A stretch of 64,000 nucleotides of DNA, taken from the IMG/VR virus record IMGVR_UViG_3300032116_000017. One strand, written 5' to 3'. Both the position numbers and the translations under genes were made by a program. Source of the stretch: an uncultured virus (IMG/VR IMGVR_UViG_3300032116_000017). Taxonomy: Duplodnaviria > Heunggongvirae > Uroviricota > Caudoviricetes. The notes under the pieces were generated by a model that made no database searches, was not told the origin of the DNA, and saw nothing but the letters and a program-made list of their open reading frames with translations. The number at the start of each line of letters is the position of its first letter. Position 1 is the stretch's first letter. Below are positions 9,605 through 19,820 of the stretch, piece after piece.

Positions 9605-10426
9605 TTATTTTCTCATTTCGGTTGGTAGTGGTAAATCAGCTCTTAGTCCTAAAGTTATTACTGCTTGATTTCCACTAAATCCTAATATGTTATATTTTTT
9701 ACCGAAATTTGTTAAATCAATTTGACCATAGAATTTACTAACTTCTAATCTTGAAGAAAGTTTTAAACCATTAAATCCAAGAGCATCGGTTCCCAAAAAT
9801 TCTTTTCTTAATTCGGAATTTTGATTTAAACCATAATCTCCACCTAATCTTCTAGTAACAAAACCACCAGATATTAATAGTCTAATTTTTTCATTTGATC
9901 TATTCAACATATTTACATCTAGTAATCTTAAAACTATATCTCCCGAAAAAGATGATATAGTTACTGGTAATTCAATAGATGATTTTTGCCAAGTCGTATT
10001 ATTCACTCTATAATCAATTTGTATTCCAACTGATCTAATTAATTTTTGCCTAATTGTTCTTTTAATATAAATAGAATCTTTTTTATAAAAACTTTCTAGC
10101 CCAGCTATGAATTGAAAGTTAGATATATTTGAAGAAGAGTTTTGAGGAAGCAATAAGTTAGTTCCAAATAATTTAGTCTCTGATAAATTATCAGTTGTTA
10201 TTTGTTCATTTTGAGAATGCACAGTGAATGTAGAAGAGCAATAAACTCTATCTACTTCAAATAAAACTCCAAGTGTTCCAACCGCTGATTGAGATTCTTT
10301 TCTTGTATCAGAAGCTGATGAAGCATACTTTATATCAGTGTTTAAATAAACTCTTAAATCGTTTGTATCCTTTTGAGAAAGAGATATAAATGGTAGTAAA
10401 AATATAATAACTTTTAAGATTTTCAT
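9605..10426 (-). CDS. Secreted or outer-membrane protein, possibly beta-rich
   Basis: Bacteroidota-like signal peptide (MKILKVIIFLLPFISLSQ); alternating beta-strand patterns. Confidence 0.55.
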   Translation of the reverse strand: MKILKVIIFLLPFISLSQKDTNDLRVYLNTDIKYASSASDTRKESQSAVGTLGVLFEVDRVYCSSTFTVHSQNEQITTDNLSETKLFGTNLLLPQNSSSNISNFQFIAGLESFYKKDSIYIKRTIRQKLIRSVGIQIDYRVNNTTWQKSSIELPVTISSFSGDIVLRLLDVNMLNRSNEKIRLLISGGFVTRRLGGDYGLNQNSELRKEFLGTDALGFNGLKLSSRLEVSKFYGQIDLTNFGKKYNILGFSGNQAVITLGLRADLPLPTEMRK

Positions 10427-10524
10427 CTTTAATTTTTATTTTTATATATCAAAAATATCATTGTCGTATTTAAACTTTCTGTTTTATTATCATAGAAACT
10501 TAGTAATTTGTAATTAAAAATAAA

Positions 10525-10836
10525 ATGGTTAAACACGAAATTAGAGTGGAATTAGAAAAGTCAAATGAGATTTTATCATTAATTGAAAAGGCTTATTTTG
10601 AAGAAGGACTCGGTGGTAAAATTTTAGGTAAAGAACACTACCTTACAATTGATAAAGAAGATGAAATCAATTGGACAATATTCAGTGGTCTTCATAATAC
10701 AACTGTTAAAATATCCAACACAGATGTTATTGATGGAACTATGAGATTTGTAATAGATGAAAGTGAGGAAGAAATTAAACTTTATCCAATTTCAATTTAT
10801 TGCATCAAAGAAGACGATAGATATATCTTTTATTAA
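10525..10836 (+). CDS. Hypothetical protein
   Basis: 103-aa ORF co-oriented with the guaC-like gene. Confidence 0.7.
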   Translation: MVKHEIRVELEKSNEILSLIEKAYFEEGLGGKILGKEHYLTIDKEDEINWTIFSGLHNTTVKISNTDVIDGTMRFVIDESEEEIKLYPISIYCIKEDDRYIFY

Positions 10837-10851
10837 AAAATAAAAATTATT

Positions 10852-11868
10852 ATGAAACTAGATTGGAATGACATTTCTATAATACCAGAATGTTTGAGCT
10901 CAATTTCTTCAAGAAAAGAAATTAATTCAAGTTACGTCGGAAAACTACCATTATTTACCGCACCGATGGACAAAGTAGTTGATGAGACTAATGTTGATGA
11001 TTTTGTAAATAATAATATTAATGTTTGCTTACCCCGTCATGTCAAATATGAAGTGGTAAAAAATGATGATTATTTCTACTCTTATGGATTGGATGAAATA
11101 ATTGATCTTTTAAATAAAAAATCACAACTCCCTAAACGAGTATTGATTGATGTAGCTAACGGTCATATGAAAAAGCTTTATGATACTGCTAAACTAATTA
11201 AAGAAACTTTTGGTAATAATATTGAATTAATGGTCGGGAATATCGCCAATCCTGACACTTACCGAAAGTATTGTGAAATTGGCGTCGATTATATAAGAGT
11301 TGGAATTGGCGGAGGCAGCGCATGTACTACCTCTGCCAATGTTTCCATCCATTATCCGATGGCATCATTAATAGAAGAATGTGCTTACTATAAAGGAGTA
11401 TATGATAACCCAACTAAAATAGTTGCTGATGGTGGCTTTAGAAATTTCTCTGACATTATTAAAGCTCTTGCTTTAGGAGCTGACTATGTAATGTTAGGTG
11501 GTGTATTTAATAAATGTTTAGAAAGTTGTGGTGATAATTTCCTAAAAGATGCAAATGGTATTTATCATACAATTGAACCAGAAATAGCAACTTTGAATTT
11601 TAATACTGGGATTGATGTCTATAAATATTATAGAGGTATGTCTACTAAAGAAGTTCAAAAGTCTTGGAATAAATCTGAGTTAAAAACTGGAGAAGGTATA
11701 ACTAAATACAATAAGGTTGATTATACTTTAGAAGGTTGGTGTGAGAACTTTACAGATTACTTAAAATCCGCTATGTCATATACAGATAGTAGAGAACTTA
11801 AAGATTTCATAGGTCAAGTCAGATGGGAAGTTATTAGTCAAAACTCATTTAATCGATTCAACAAGTAA
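10852..11868 (+). CDS. guaC: GMP reductase / IMP dehydrogenase family protein without CBS domains
   Basis: APMD, IDVANGH, VGIGGGSACTT, ADGG, ALALGADYVMLG, YRGMST; GuaC versus GuaB not resolved. Confidence 0.8.
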   Translation: MKLDWNDISIIPECLSSISSRKEINSSYVGKLPLFTAPMDKVVDETNVDDFVNNNINVCLPRHVKYEVVKNDDYFYSYGLDEIIDLLNKKSQLPKRVLIDVANGHMKKLYDTAKLIKETFGNNIELMVGNIANPDTYRKYCEIGVDYIRVGIGGGSACTTSANVSIHYPMASLIEECAYYKGVYDNPTKIVADGGFRNFSDIIKALALGADYVMLGGVFNKCLESCGDNFLKDANGIYHTIEPEIATLNFNTGIDVYKYYRGMSTKEVQKSWNKSELKTGEGITKYNKVDYTLEGWCENFTDYLKSAMSYTDSRELKDFIGQVRWEVISQNSFNRFNK

Positions 11869-11910
11869 GAGATCTTGACTCTTAAAAATCAAGTGGTGTT
11901 CCGTGTGAGC

Positions 11911-11940
11911 AAAAAACCCAGTCGATGACTGGGTTTTTTT
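11911..11940. terminator. Bidirectional intrinsic terminator
   Basis: AAAAAACCCAGTC-GAT-GACTGGGTTTTTTT between convergent genes. Confidence 0.85.
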
Positions 11941-12736
11941 ATTTTTTTACCATAAAAAAGAAACTTGACGTTGATTGACCTTTGATTTCCTCTTCGACTT
12001 CTTTAACTTCTTCTTTACCTTGAGTAACCAAGTCTGCTGCTTGAATTTTAACACCGCCTGGTAGAGTAAAGTCATATCGACCAACTAAATTTCCAAGTTG
12101 TTGTTTTGAATATCCCACTACATATTTAAAAAATAAATCATCTCTAAAAAGATTTTCCTGTGGAATATTCGCATAAGCTTCCATAATTACATCATACTTA
12201 ACATTTGTCAAAATATGTATTCTGTGATTTAGTTGATTAAATTGATATTTTAAAGTATATTTGTTAAAAACATTTAACATATCAGACATTGAATCTAATA
12301 TTGTTTTATAAACTCCTAATTCTCCAATAGTTGTTACATATGAAGAAAGATATGGTTGATTTGTAACCCCTAGATTAACTGATAAGTTTGGCGTATTTAT
12401 ACCTAATTGATATAAACTATCTCCTCTAACTTCATAAAGATATGTTACCGATTGAATCTCACAAGGAACATTAACAAAATTATATTTGGTAAATTCTTCT
12501 GCAAAAAATGCTTCTTTTCTAATTAAAAAATACATTTTTTGTACAGCAAATTGGTAACTACGATAAAACCAAGGAAGAGCTCTGGTCTCAATAATTTGTC
12601 TAATGTTTGCGTCAGGTAAAGTTTTAGGTAATGAACATGATATTGTTAATTCGTTCTGAACAAAATCAATTAATTCATCTATAGTATAACCACCTTGATA
12701 TGGTATATATGTATCCCCTAATCCGTTAGTAGCCAT
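11939..12736 (-). CDS. T4 gp13-like neck/head-completion protein
   Basis: C-terminal KQQLG...TLPGGVKI...GKEEVKEVEEEI pattern typical of the gp13 family; late motif upstream. Confidence 0.7.
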   Translation of the reverse strand: MATNGLGDTYIPYQGGYTIDELIDFVQNELTISCSLPKTLPDANIRQIIETRALPWFYRSYQFAVQKMYFLIRKEAFFAEEFTKYNFVNVPCEIQSVTYLYEVRGDSLYQLGINTPNLSVNLGVTNQPYLSSYVTTIGELGVYKTILDSMSDMLNVFNKYTLKYQFNQLNHRIHILTNVKYDVIMEAYANIPQENLFRDDLFFKYVVGYSKQQLGNLVGRYDFTLPGGVKIQAADLVTQGKEEVKEVEEEIKGQSTSSFFFMVKK

Positions 12737-12801
12737 ATAGTATTATTATTTTTTTTATATATTAAATTGAGAATTTCATTAATTATGCTTATATTTGTAT
12801 T

Positions 12802-12981
12802 ATGAAAAAGGGTAAAATACACTTAGGAACTTTTACTAAATTAGACTCATTGAAAGCATCTAAGAAGGCTTCTCGTGAGATGGAATTACAAAATTCTACT
12901 GGATGGATTGCAAAACATAAAGTGCATAAATCTGTTAAAGATTATACTCGAAAGTTAAAACACAAAAATGAAACTTTTTAA
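12802..12981 (+). CDS. Small basic protein (59 aa) with ArfA-like C-terminus
   Basis: My translation MKKGKIHLG...KASKKASREMEL...KHKVHKSVKDYTRKLKHKNETF; TATATTTG box at 12790-12797. Confidence 0.6.
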   Translation: MKKGKIHLGTFTKLDSLKASKKASREMELQNSTGWIAKHKVHKSVKDYTRKLKHKNETF

Positions 12982-13489
12982 AGAATTTATATCTTATTTT
13001 AATAATCCTTTTGTTAGGCCAAAAATAAAATTTTATATTGGTAAGGTTGCTGTTGGAACTCCTTATTTTTTTCCAAGAAAAACTATCAAAGATCCTGATA
13101 AACCAAAATATCTAAAATTTATTCCAAAAAAAATTGGATTTGACATTGTTTCTTTAGGTTGGAAAACAAAATGGTCTCAATTTAGATTTGAGTGGGCTCC
13201 TGTAGTTTCTTTTGTTTTCTTTAAATGGCAAATTGCTATAACCATTGTAGCTCCTGAACAAGACCATTACTGGGAAAGTTGGCTTTACTATCAGTATGAA
13301 ACTGATAAAAAAAAGTCTAAATTAGAAAGAGCTATACAGTGTCAAAAAGAATATCCTCAAAATTGGAAATCAACAAGAAATGGTGTTGAAACAAAAATAA
13401 ACTTCTATGACATTATTTTAAAAAAGAAATATCGTATAAAAAATATTGATGAAATAAGAGAAGATAAATTAAACTCTTTATTTAAATAA
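12968..13489 (+). CDS. Hypothetical protein with C-terminal RxxKL motif
   Basis: Ends IREDKLNSLFK. Confidence 0.75.
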   Translation: MKLFKEFISYFNNPFVRPKIKFYIGKVAVGTPYFFPRKTIKDPDKPKYLKFIPKKIGFDIVSLGWKTKWSQFRFEWAPVVSFVFFKWQIAITIVAPEQDHYWESWLYYQYETDKKKSKLERAIQCQKEYPQNWKSTRNGVETKINFYDIILKKKYRIKNIDEIREDKLNSLFK

Positions 13490-13520
13490 AAAAACCTGTT
13501 CTTAATTGAACAGGTTTTTT
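13490..13520. terminator. Bidirectional terminator
   Basis: AAAAACCTGTTC/GAACAGGTTTTT inverted repeat. Confidence 0.75.
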
Positions 13521-13669
13521 ATCTTTATCTTTCTTTTAAAATTCTTATGATATGATCCTGATAAGTATTCGGTATATGAAATATTTCTATCTATTTGTTC
13601 TGCTACATATTCACTATAAGCAATAGATTCAAATAACTTCTCTTTAAGATACTCTTGATATTCTATCAT
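13502..13669 (-). CDS. Small hypothetical protein (55 aa) with C-terminal motif
   Basis: ATGA overlap with the dnaJ stop; ends [11 protein letters not shown]. Confidence 0.6.
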   Translation of the reverse strand: MIEYQEYLKEKLFESIAYSEYVAEQIDRNISYTEYLSGSYHKNFKRKIKIKNLFN

Positions 13670-14745
13670 ACTGTGAAATTATTTGAGTTTTTTAGTTTTT
13701 CTAAAACGAATTTCTCTTCAAGTGAAATGTTTTTAGGAATTTTAATTTCAATTTTCACTAATAAATCACCAAGACCTAAATTTAGATCAGGAATTCCTTT
13801 ACCAGATATTCTGATTATCTTACCCGGTTCTGTTCCTGGTTCAATAGTAAGTGGTAAATCACCGTGTGGTGTTTTTACTTTTAAGTGAGATCCAATAATT
13901 GCATCTAAAACAGAAATTTGTTTTTCAACAATCAAGTTATTATTATCTCTTTTGAAATAAAACTCCACAATTTCATCAATAACAATCTGTAAGTCACCAG
14001 GAGTTCCATCTTTAACATGATTACCATAACCGTTAAGAGTGAAAATCATATTTTTACTAACACCTGCTGGAATATCCACATCAACAACTTGTTCTTTAAT
14101 TATTGTACCTTCTCCTTTGCAATCTTTACAAAGGTTATTAATTACTTTACCACTACCTTGGCAATCTGGACAACCAGTCTCTTGTCTAATCTGACCAAAT
14201 GGAGTATTTTGAACAACTGTTCTTCGACCTGAACCATTACACGGTAGGCAATTTCTTGAATCAGATCCACCTTTACCGCTACAACTTTGACAAGTTTCCT
14301 GTCTTTTGTATTTTAATTTTTTAGAGCATCCCTTTAAAACTTCTTCAATAGTCAAACTAACTTTCAGTCTTAAATCACCTCCCCTTCTTTTTTGGTTTCT
14401 CCAACGTCCTCCATTTTGATTTCCAAAGTTTCCAAAGATATCTCCAAATTGAGAAAAAATATCATCCATTGAAAAGCCATGACCAAATCCGCTATTTCCA
14501 AATGGATTTCCTCCACCAAATGGATTAGAATCAGATGTACCGAATCTATCATAATTATTTCTCTTTTGAGAATCACTCAGTACATCATAAGCTTCTGCTG
14601 CCTCTTTAAACTTTGACTCAGCTTCGGGATTATCAGGATTTTTGTCAGGATGATACTGCATGGCCATCTTACGGTAAGCTTTTTTAATCTCATCTTCCGA
14701 TGATTCTTTATTAACTCCTAAAATGTTGTAATAATCTTTGCTCAT
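13666..14745 (-). CDS. dnaJ: Chaperone DnaJ
   Basis: J domain with HPD, G/F-rich region, four CxxCxGxG repeats, C-terminal domain. Confidence 0.97.
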   Translation of the reverse strand: MSKDYYNILGVNKESSEDEIKKAYRKMAMQYHPDKNPDNPEAESKFKEAAEAYDVLSDSQKRNNYDRFGTSDSNPFGGGNPFGNSGFGHGFSMDDIFSQFGDIFGNFGNQNGGRWRNQKRRGGDLRLKVSLTIEEVLKGCSKKLKYKRQETCQSCSGKGGSDSRNCLPCNGSGRRTVVQNTPFGQIRQETGCPDCQGSGKVINNLCKDCKGEGTIIKEQVVDVDIPAGVSKNMIFTLNGYGNHVKDGTPGDLQIVIDEIVEFYFKRDNNNLIVEKQISVLDAIIGSHLKVKTPHGDLPLTIEPGTEPGKIIRISGKGIPDLNLGLGDLLVKIEIKIPKNISLEEKFVLEKLKNSNNFTV

Positions 14746-15062
14746 AATTTATTAAATATTTTTTCTAATTTAATATCTCTATATATCTGTTTAGTTGTAT
14801 CTGTTAGCTTTATATCAACCCATCTGTTGTATTTAATTACAAACTCTTCTCCGTAAATATTTGCTCTCATTATTGGTAACTCTTCAATTATTTCTGAAAA
14901 AATAACCTCAATGTCTTCTAATTTATAATCATTAATTTCTGATAATCTTTTGCAAAAATAATTCATACATGGTGATGCAGTTTTTATAACATTATTTAAA
15001 TAATTATCTCCTTTAAAATTTTCCGGAGCTGCCTCGGATATTTCAACGTACCAATCAATCAT
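14742..15062 (-). CDS. Hypothetical protein with C-terminal motif
   Basis: Ends [13 protein letters not shown]; overlapping operon junctions. Confidence 0.7.
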   Translation of the reverse strand: MIDWYVEISEAAPENFKGDNYLNNVIKTASPCMNYFCKRLSEINDYKLEDIEVIFSEIIEELPIMRANIYGEEFVIKYNRWVDIKLTDTTKQIYRDIKLEKIFNKL

Positions 15063-15607
15063 TTTACCAAATTTTTAATTTTTAAATCTCTAATATCTTC
15101 TTTTATATCATTAGACTCTAAAACTAATTTAACAAGTTTTCCGATATAGTTATCAACAATTATTTCTAAAGTTGTAGATGTTTTATCAATGTATTGAAAC
15201 TTTTCTAAACAATTCCTAGATGAAATAAGGTAATCAATTAGATATTCTATAAACTCATCAATATTATAGTGTAATTGAAAAAGTTCTAATCTACCATCCG
15301 GAACATATCCTTTAATTGCTTTTATTTCGGGTAACGTTTGAAATATTTTAGGTGGATCAATAAAAACTTTAGCAAAAACTCTTCTAACCGATGGTAGTAT
15401 TAAGTCTAATATTTCATCTTCGCTTTCATACATAGAACCCTCAAATTCTGGCGTATCAAATAAATGATATTTTTCTTCAATAATATAATTTAAAGTCATT
15501 TCATAATACTCTAAATATTCATCTGGTATTCCTCCAGTTAGAGCATCAATGAGAGCATTTTTATAATTTTCATCTTTATGAATGGTAAAGAAGTTAGGTT
15601 TATCCAT
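15059..15607 (-). CDS. Hypothetical protein with C-terminal motif
   Basis: Ends [11 protein letters not shown]. Confidence 0.7.
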   Translation of the reverse strand: MDKPNFFTIHKDENYKNALIDALTGGIPDEYLEYYEMTLNYIIEEKYHLFDTPEFEGSMYESEDEILDLILPSVRRVFAKVFIDPPKIFQTLPEIKAIKGYVPDGRLELFQLHYNIDEFIEYLIDYLISSRNCLEKFQYIDKTSTTLEIIVDNYIGKLVKLVLESNDIKEDIRDLKIKNLVK

Positions 15608-16067
15608 TTTTACCTAAAATAATTTTTGGATATCTAAACGGTCTTCCATTTAAAGTATATCCTTTACTGACAACATCAACCACTTTTGTTTCATCCATTG
15701 GAATAACACTTATTACTTCATGTAGTTCATCATCGTAAGTTTCGGTTTGAATTGTTTCGATACCTTGTGACTTTAAAAAAGTATCAAGTTTAGAAAGAAT
15801 TAAAGAGGTGCCTTCTGATACTTCACCAGATGATTTAATTGCAAAACTTAAATCATTGTCCATATCTAAAATAGATTGTAAAAGTTTTACCTTAGTATTA
15901 GTAAGTAGTTCTTCTTTATCTTTAATTACTCTTTTTTTATAGTTTTCAAAGTCCGCATAAAGAAGAAGATACTTTTTTTCTGATTCTTCAAGTTGTTGTT
16001 TTAGTGAATCTTCTAAACTAATTTCAACATTTTCTTGTTCTAATTGTTCATTTTTATTCTCTTCCAT
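15600..16067 (-). CDS. grpE: Nucleotide exchange factor GrpE
   Basis: ADFENYKKR, DELHEVI, VVSKGYTLNGRPFRYPKI. Confidence 0.92.
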   Translation of the reverse strand: MEENKNEQLEQENVEISLEDSLKQQLEESEKKYLLLYADFENYKKRVIKDKEELLTNTKVKLLQSILDMDNDLSFAIKSSGEVSEGTSLILSKLDTFLKSQGIETIQTETYDDELHEVISVIPMDETKVVDVVSKGYTLNGRPFRYPKIILGKNG

Positions 16068-16071
16068 ATTC

Positions 16072-16563
16072 TTAATAGTTAAATTTTAAAAGCTTCTTTA
16101 TATTATTTGAGTTATAAAACTCATAAGTTACATTTTTATCAACGATTTTATGAATTTCTAATTTTTCCAATTCATCTTTCATTTCATTTATACAAACAAC
16201 TAAATCTTTTAACGAGTTTGTCCAATTCACGGTTGGTTCCCAGTAATCAGGAAACTTATCTAAGAACTTATCAACTGCTGTATCAAAAGTTTTCTTTCTA
16301 ATTAGAAGTCCATCTTTTTGAGGAGAATGAATAGATTTATTTGTTAATATTTCAACTACATAAGTGTTGAATTTGTGAATTAGATTATCTGTCTCAATGA
16401 CTTTCAAGAGACCTATGATAAGAGCATCTCTTTCAGTCAATCTTATTGGACTATTCTCTTTTAGTATTTTCTCAGCTTCTTTTTCAGAACCTAATACATA
16501 ATACACATAGTTGTCCCACACGCACATTTTTATAACTTCTTCTGGGTAAATTTCAATTAGCAT
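16072..16563 (-). CDS. Hypothetical protein
   Basis: 163-aa ORF heading the grpE-dnaJ unit. Confidence 0.7.
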   Translation of the reverse strand: MLIEIYPEEVIKMCVWDNYVYYVLGSEKEAEKILKENSPIRLTERDALIIGLLKVIETDNLIHKFNTYVVEILTNKSIHSPQKDGLLIRKKTFDTAVDKFLDKFPDYWEPTVNWTNSLKDLVVCINEMKDELEKLEIHKIVDKNVTYEFYNSNNIKKLLKFNY

Positions 16564-16673
16564 AAATTAAATTATATTTTTGATTTATAGTCAGATTGTG
16601 ACATAAAGTTTTTTATTTTAGATATTGACAATTTTATAAATATAATTATATTTGTAAAAAATAATAACTGAAC

Positions 16674-16862
16674 ATGGAAATTTCAGAAAAAATCGAACTT
16701 AATAAACAACTAAAATCTTACAAAGGAGATAACTCTTTTGCTCTTTCATTACAAAAACAATTAAAGACTTCTAAATACTTAGATAAAGTTGAAGTCAATG
16801 GTAAGATGGTTAAAGTATTGAGTGAAAAACAATATGAAGCCGCTAAAACAGTTTTAGATTAA
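16674..16862 (+). CDS. Hypothetical protein
   Basis: 62 aa; TATATTTG box at 16647-16654. Confidence 0.65.
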   Translation: MEISEKIELNKQLKSYKGDNSFALSLQKQLKTSKYLDKVEVNGKMVKVLSEKQYEAAKTVLD

Positions 16863-17231
16863 TTTAAAAATTAAACTAAAAGATAATCCAAAAAGAATTC
16901 GAGCAATTAAAAAATAAATAGCTGTTAAGAAAATTGTTCCACAACCAACTGCTATAAAAAATAAACCTAAAAATATAGTAAAGTTGTGAATCAATTTAAA
17001 AAGATGCCAAGCATCAGTAAAACCAACAAAGATGGTTGATGATCCTAAAAATTTCTCACCATTCTTAGGATTACCATCTTTCCATTTATTCATCCATGAA
17101 AATCCTGGATACCAAAATCTTTGATTTTTAAACTTTTTAAAAATAGAAGTATCATAATGAAACTGCAAAGTATCCATTATGGCTTCTGTCATTCCAGATA
17201 GGATAATTAAAAACAATCCAATTAAAATCAC
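16854..17231 (-). CDS. Membrane protein
   Basis: Hydrophobic helices; SWMNKWK...TDAWHLFK motif. Confidence 0.7.
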   Translation of the reverse strand: MILIGLFLIILSGMTEAIMDTLQFHYDTSIFKKFKNQRFWYPGFSWMNKWKDGNPKNGEKFLGSSTIFVGFTDAWHLFKLIHNFTIFLGLFFIAVGCGTIFLTAIYFLIARILFGLSFSLIFKLI

Positions 17232-17425
17232 TTCTTTGAATCCTTCTTATTTTTAATTAACCAGATAATGTTTGCTACCAATCCACCATAAATAGCAACA
17301 AAAGATCCAATAAGAGGATACCATTCGTCTAAATAACCATCTCTTAACCAAAATGGCCATAATACTGCAGCTGTTCCCAACAAAGCTATTGAAATCCAAC
17401 TTGTAAATCCGTCAAAAAATCTCAT
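17228..17425 (-). CDS. Small two-TM membrane protein
   Basis: Two hydrophobic segments and a basic tail. Confidence 0.65.
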   Translation of the reverse strand: MRFFDGFTSWISIALLGTAAVLWPFWLRDGYLDEWYPLIGSFVAIYGGLVANIIWLIKNKKDSKK

Positions 17426-17440
17426 AATATAATTATTTTT

Positions 17441-18031
17441 TTACATTTCACCGAATCTTTTGATTCTAAAAATAGATCCGATGTTATTTAATTTAGCCTT
17501 TATCTCATTTAAGAGCAAAAGGTGTGTTCTGTTAAATTGTCTATGTTTCTCAATATCATCAACTATTCTCCAAGTTTCTTCAAAGTATTTGTTTCTGAAT
17601 CTTTCATTGGCTGTAAAAGCATCTGATATGTTTTGTAGTCTATCTGCTAATTTGATAATAAGAGCATCATCAGACATTTCTATCATTTTATCTGACAAGT
17701 AAGCCGCTTTATCATTTTGATAAACCTTTTCTATTTCTTCTTTTGAAGAAGTTAATTCAGCAACTAATCCACCAACTCTACTTCCAAAAATCTCAGAGAT
17801 TTCATGTAAGCCTACTTCTAAGTCGTCGTAACAATCTTCTGCAACATCATGTAAGATGGATGCACAAAGAATATCTTCATCTGTTGTATGTTGTTTAACA
17901 ATAGCATTTACTTTTTTAACATGTGCATCAAAATAAGGAAGTCCGATAAATCTCCTTACTTGTCCTTTATGTGCTGATTTGGCAAACTTCCAAGCCTCGG
18001 TTTCTTTTCTTGTTATTGGTCTATTTGGCAT
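17441..18031 (-). CDS. Stand-alone RelA/SpoT-type HD hydrolase (small alarmone hydrolase, Mesh1-like)
   Basis: AHKGQVR, PY..H, ASILHDVAED, VAELT, IKLADRLQNI. Confidence 0.85.
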   Translation of the reverse strand: MPNRPITRKETEAWKFAKSAHKGQVRRFIGLPYFDAHVKKVNAIVKQHTTDEDILCASILHDVAEDCYDDLEVGLHEISEIFGSRVGGLVAELTSSKEEIEKVYQNDKAAYLSDKMIEMSDDALIIKLADRLQNISDAFTANERFRNKYFEETWRIVDDIEKHRQFNRTHLLLLNEIKAKLNNIGSIFRIKRFGEM

Positions 18032-18089
18032 ATAAACTATATATAAACTTTACAAAATTAAAGATGTATAATATAAAAAATAAATTATT

Positions 18090-18269
18090 ATGATGGATGA
18101 AGTAATGTCAGAAAGACCAAGCTACCGTTGGGATAACAAAGAGTATCTTGTAGAGGTTATGATGAAGCAATTAGGTATCACAGAAGAAGATTTAGAAAAT
18201 GATCCTTCTTGGATGAAAGCTAAAGTTCGTGAAATGAATATCGAAAGAGTTTTAGAAAACGAAAATTAA
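18090..18269 (+). CDS. Small hypothetical protein (59 aa) with C-terminal motif
   Basis: My translation ends KVREMNIERVLENEN; followed by a terminator. Confidence 0.6.
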   Translation: MMDEVMSERPSYRWDNKEYLVEVMMKQLGITEEDLENDPSWMKAKVREMNIERVLENEN

Positions 18270-18274
18270 AAATT

Positions 18275-18299
18275 AACCTCACTTAGTTGAGGTTTTTTT
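18275..18299 (+). terminator. Intrinsic terminator
   Basis: AACCTCA/TGAGGTT stem plus T tract. Confidence 0.65.
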
Positions 18300-18323
18300 A
18301 TGCTTTTTCCTTATCTTTGTATT

Positions 18324-18740
18324 ATGATAACAAGAGAGAAAGTCCTACAGGTTCAAAATAAAATCAAAGAAGCAATTGCTCAAATTGAAAAAGATGAAAA
18401 TGTTAAAATTGATTTTGGTTCATTAAGCTTTAATCCACAAAAGTATTCAACTTCTATGACGGTATCAACTTTAGAGAAATCTGAAAGAGTTGAGTCTGTT
18501 CTTGAAAGAACTTGTCGAGCAATTGGTTTTACTCAAAATGTTATTGGAATGACTTTTGATTTTCGTGGTGATAAATATGAAATCACTGATATCAAAACTA
18601 AAAACAGAAAGTATCCTGTTATTGCTACTGAAATTAGAACTAAAAAAGGTTATAAATTTGCAGTAGAGACTATCAGAAAAGCATTGGGTGGTGATGCTCA
18701 AATTAATAGAAATAAGAATTTAGATAAATTGGTTGATTAA
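18324..18740 (+). CDS. Hypothetical protein with C-terminal motif
   Basis: Likely start 18324 after TATCTTTG (18312-18319); ends NRNKNLDKLVD. Confidence 0.7.
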   Translation: MITREKVLQVQNKIKEAIAQIEKDENVKIDFGSLSFNPQKYSTSMTVSTLEKSERVESVLERTCRAIGFTQNVIGMTFDFRGDKYEITDIKTKNRKYPVIATEIRTKKGYKFAVETIRKALGGDAQINRNKNLDKLVD

Positions 18741-19165
18741 TGTATCTTTACATAGGTGATAAAAATTACTGGTTAGACTTTGGATGTTTTCCTGAGAAAA
18801 TATCTCGCCTAAAAAAATTGAATCAAATTAAATTTAAAATAAATTTATATGATTATGACAACGTGAAATCAACGTCTGCTGGATCTCAAATTGAATTTGC
18901 TAATAAATTTACTTTTTTAAAATCATTAAAAACACTTCCCCAAACAATTTATGCTTCAAAAAGCGACCACTACTGGTGGTCATTTGATGGATGTCAACTT
19001 TTAGATAAAAAGATATATCAAGATAAAGACTACTATGATTATGATGGTAGAGATATAAAAAAATGGAATATTGAATTAACAATATCTTATAAAGATGTGT
19101 ATGGTTCTAATAAAAAACAAGTCTTAGAAAGAGATATAAAATTAAAGAAACTATTTAATGAGTAA
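18740..19165 (+). CDS. Hypothetical protein with C-terminal motif
   Basis: Ends LERDIKLKKLFNE. Confidence 0.7.
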   Translation: MYLYIGDKNYWLDFGCFPEKISRLKKLNQIKFKINLYDYDNVKSTSAGSQIEFANKFTFLKSLKTLPQTIYASKSDHYWWSFDGCQLLDKKIYQDKDYYDYDGRDIKKWNIELTISYKDVYGSNKKQVLERDIKLKKLFNE

Positions 19166-19406
19166 TATATCAAATAGAGTTTCAGAAACTAGACTTTTCA
19201 AAGAAAGAAGGAGTTTAGGAATTGAATTTTGCTGGGAAACAGCAACTGAAGCTGTATTTTCCAGACCAGAAGATGATTTAGATATATTAGGTGAATATTA
19301 CTTAATTGAATCTTTTTCAACCGGTGTTATTTCAGTCACTGACATAAAAGGAAATGTCTTAGATAAAACTGATAGAATCTTAAATTTATTTAGACTTGGT
19401 GTTTGA
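19158..19406 (+). CDS. Hypothetical protein
   Basis: 82-aa ORF overlapping the previous stop. Confidence 0.6.
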   Translation: MSNISNRVSETRLFKERRSLGIEFCWETATEAVFSRPEDDLDILGEYYLIESFSTGVISVTDIKGNVLDKTDRILNLFRLGV

Positions 19407-19820
19407 TTTTTCCGATTTATAGCTCTCAATAACTCTCATTCTTAATTCAGTTGTAGAAAATGAATGTTTTCTTGAGTTATAATACATTTCAATATGTTCT
19501 AACTCTTTTCCTGTAAAATCTTTATCCTTATACTCTTCTCCTACAACTCTTATATTTATTGGATATGAATGTAGAATATCTAATAAATCTTTTTCAGTTG
19601 CATAGACTACAACCTCATCTACATATTTACAAGCTTCTAATTGAATAAACCTTTCAACAACAGATTGAATTGGTTTGTTTTTTTCAGGTCTATCAATAGT
19701 AGGGTCAGTTTGTAATCCTACAATTAGATAATCACAAACCGACTTTGATTCCTTTAACATCATAATATGACCTGCATGAAATAGGTCAAAACATGAGCAA
19801 GTAAATCCTACTTTTTTCAT
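19386..19820 (-). CDS. Glycerol-3-phosphate cytidylyltransferase-like (TagD family)
   Basis: FDLFHAGH, LIVGLQTD, KPIQSVVER, CKYVDEV, FSTTELR. Confidence 0.88.
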   Translation of the reverse strand: MKKVGFTCSCFDLFHAGHIMMLKESKSVCDYLIVGLQTDPTIDRPEKNKPIQSVVERFIQLEACKYVDEVVVYATEKDLLDILHSYPINIRVVGEEYKDKDFTGKELEHIEMYYNSRKHSFSTTELRMRVIESYKSEKSNTKSK

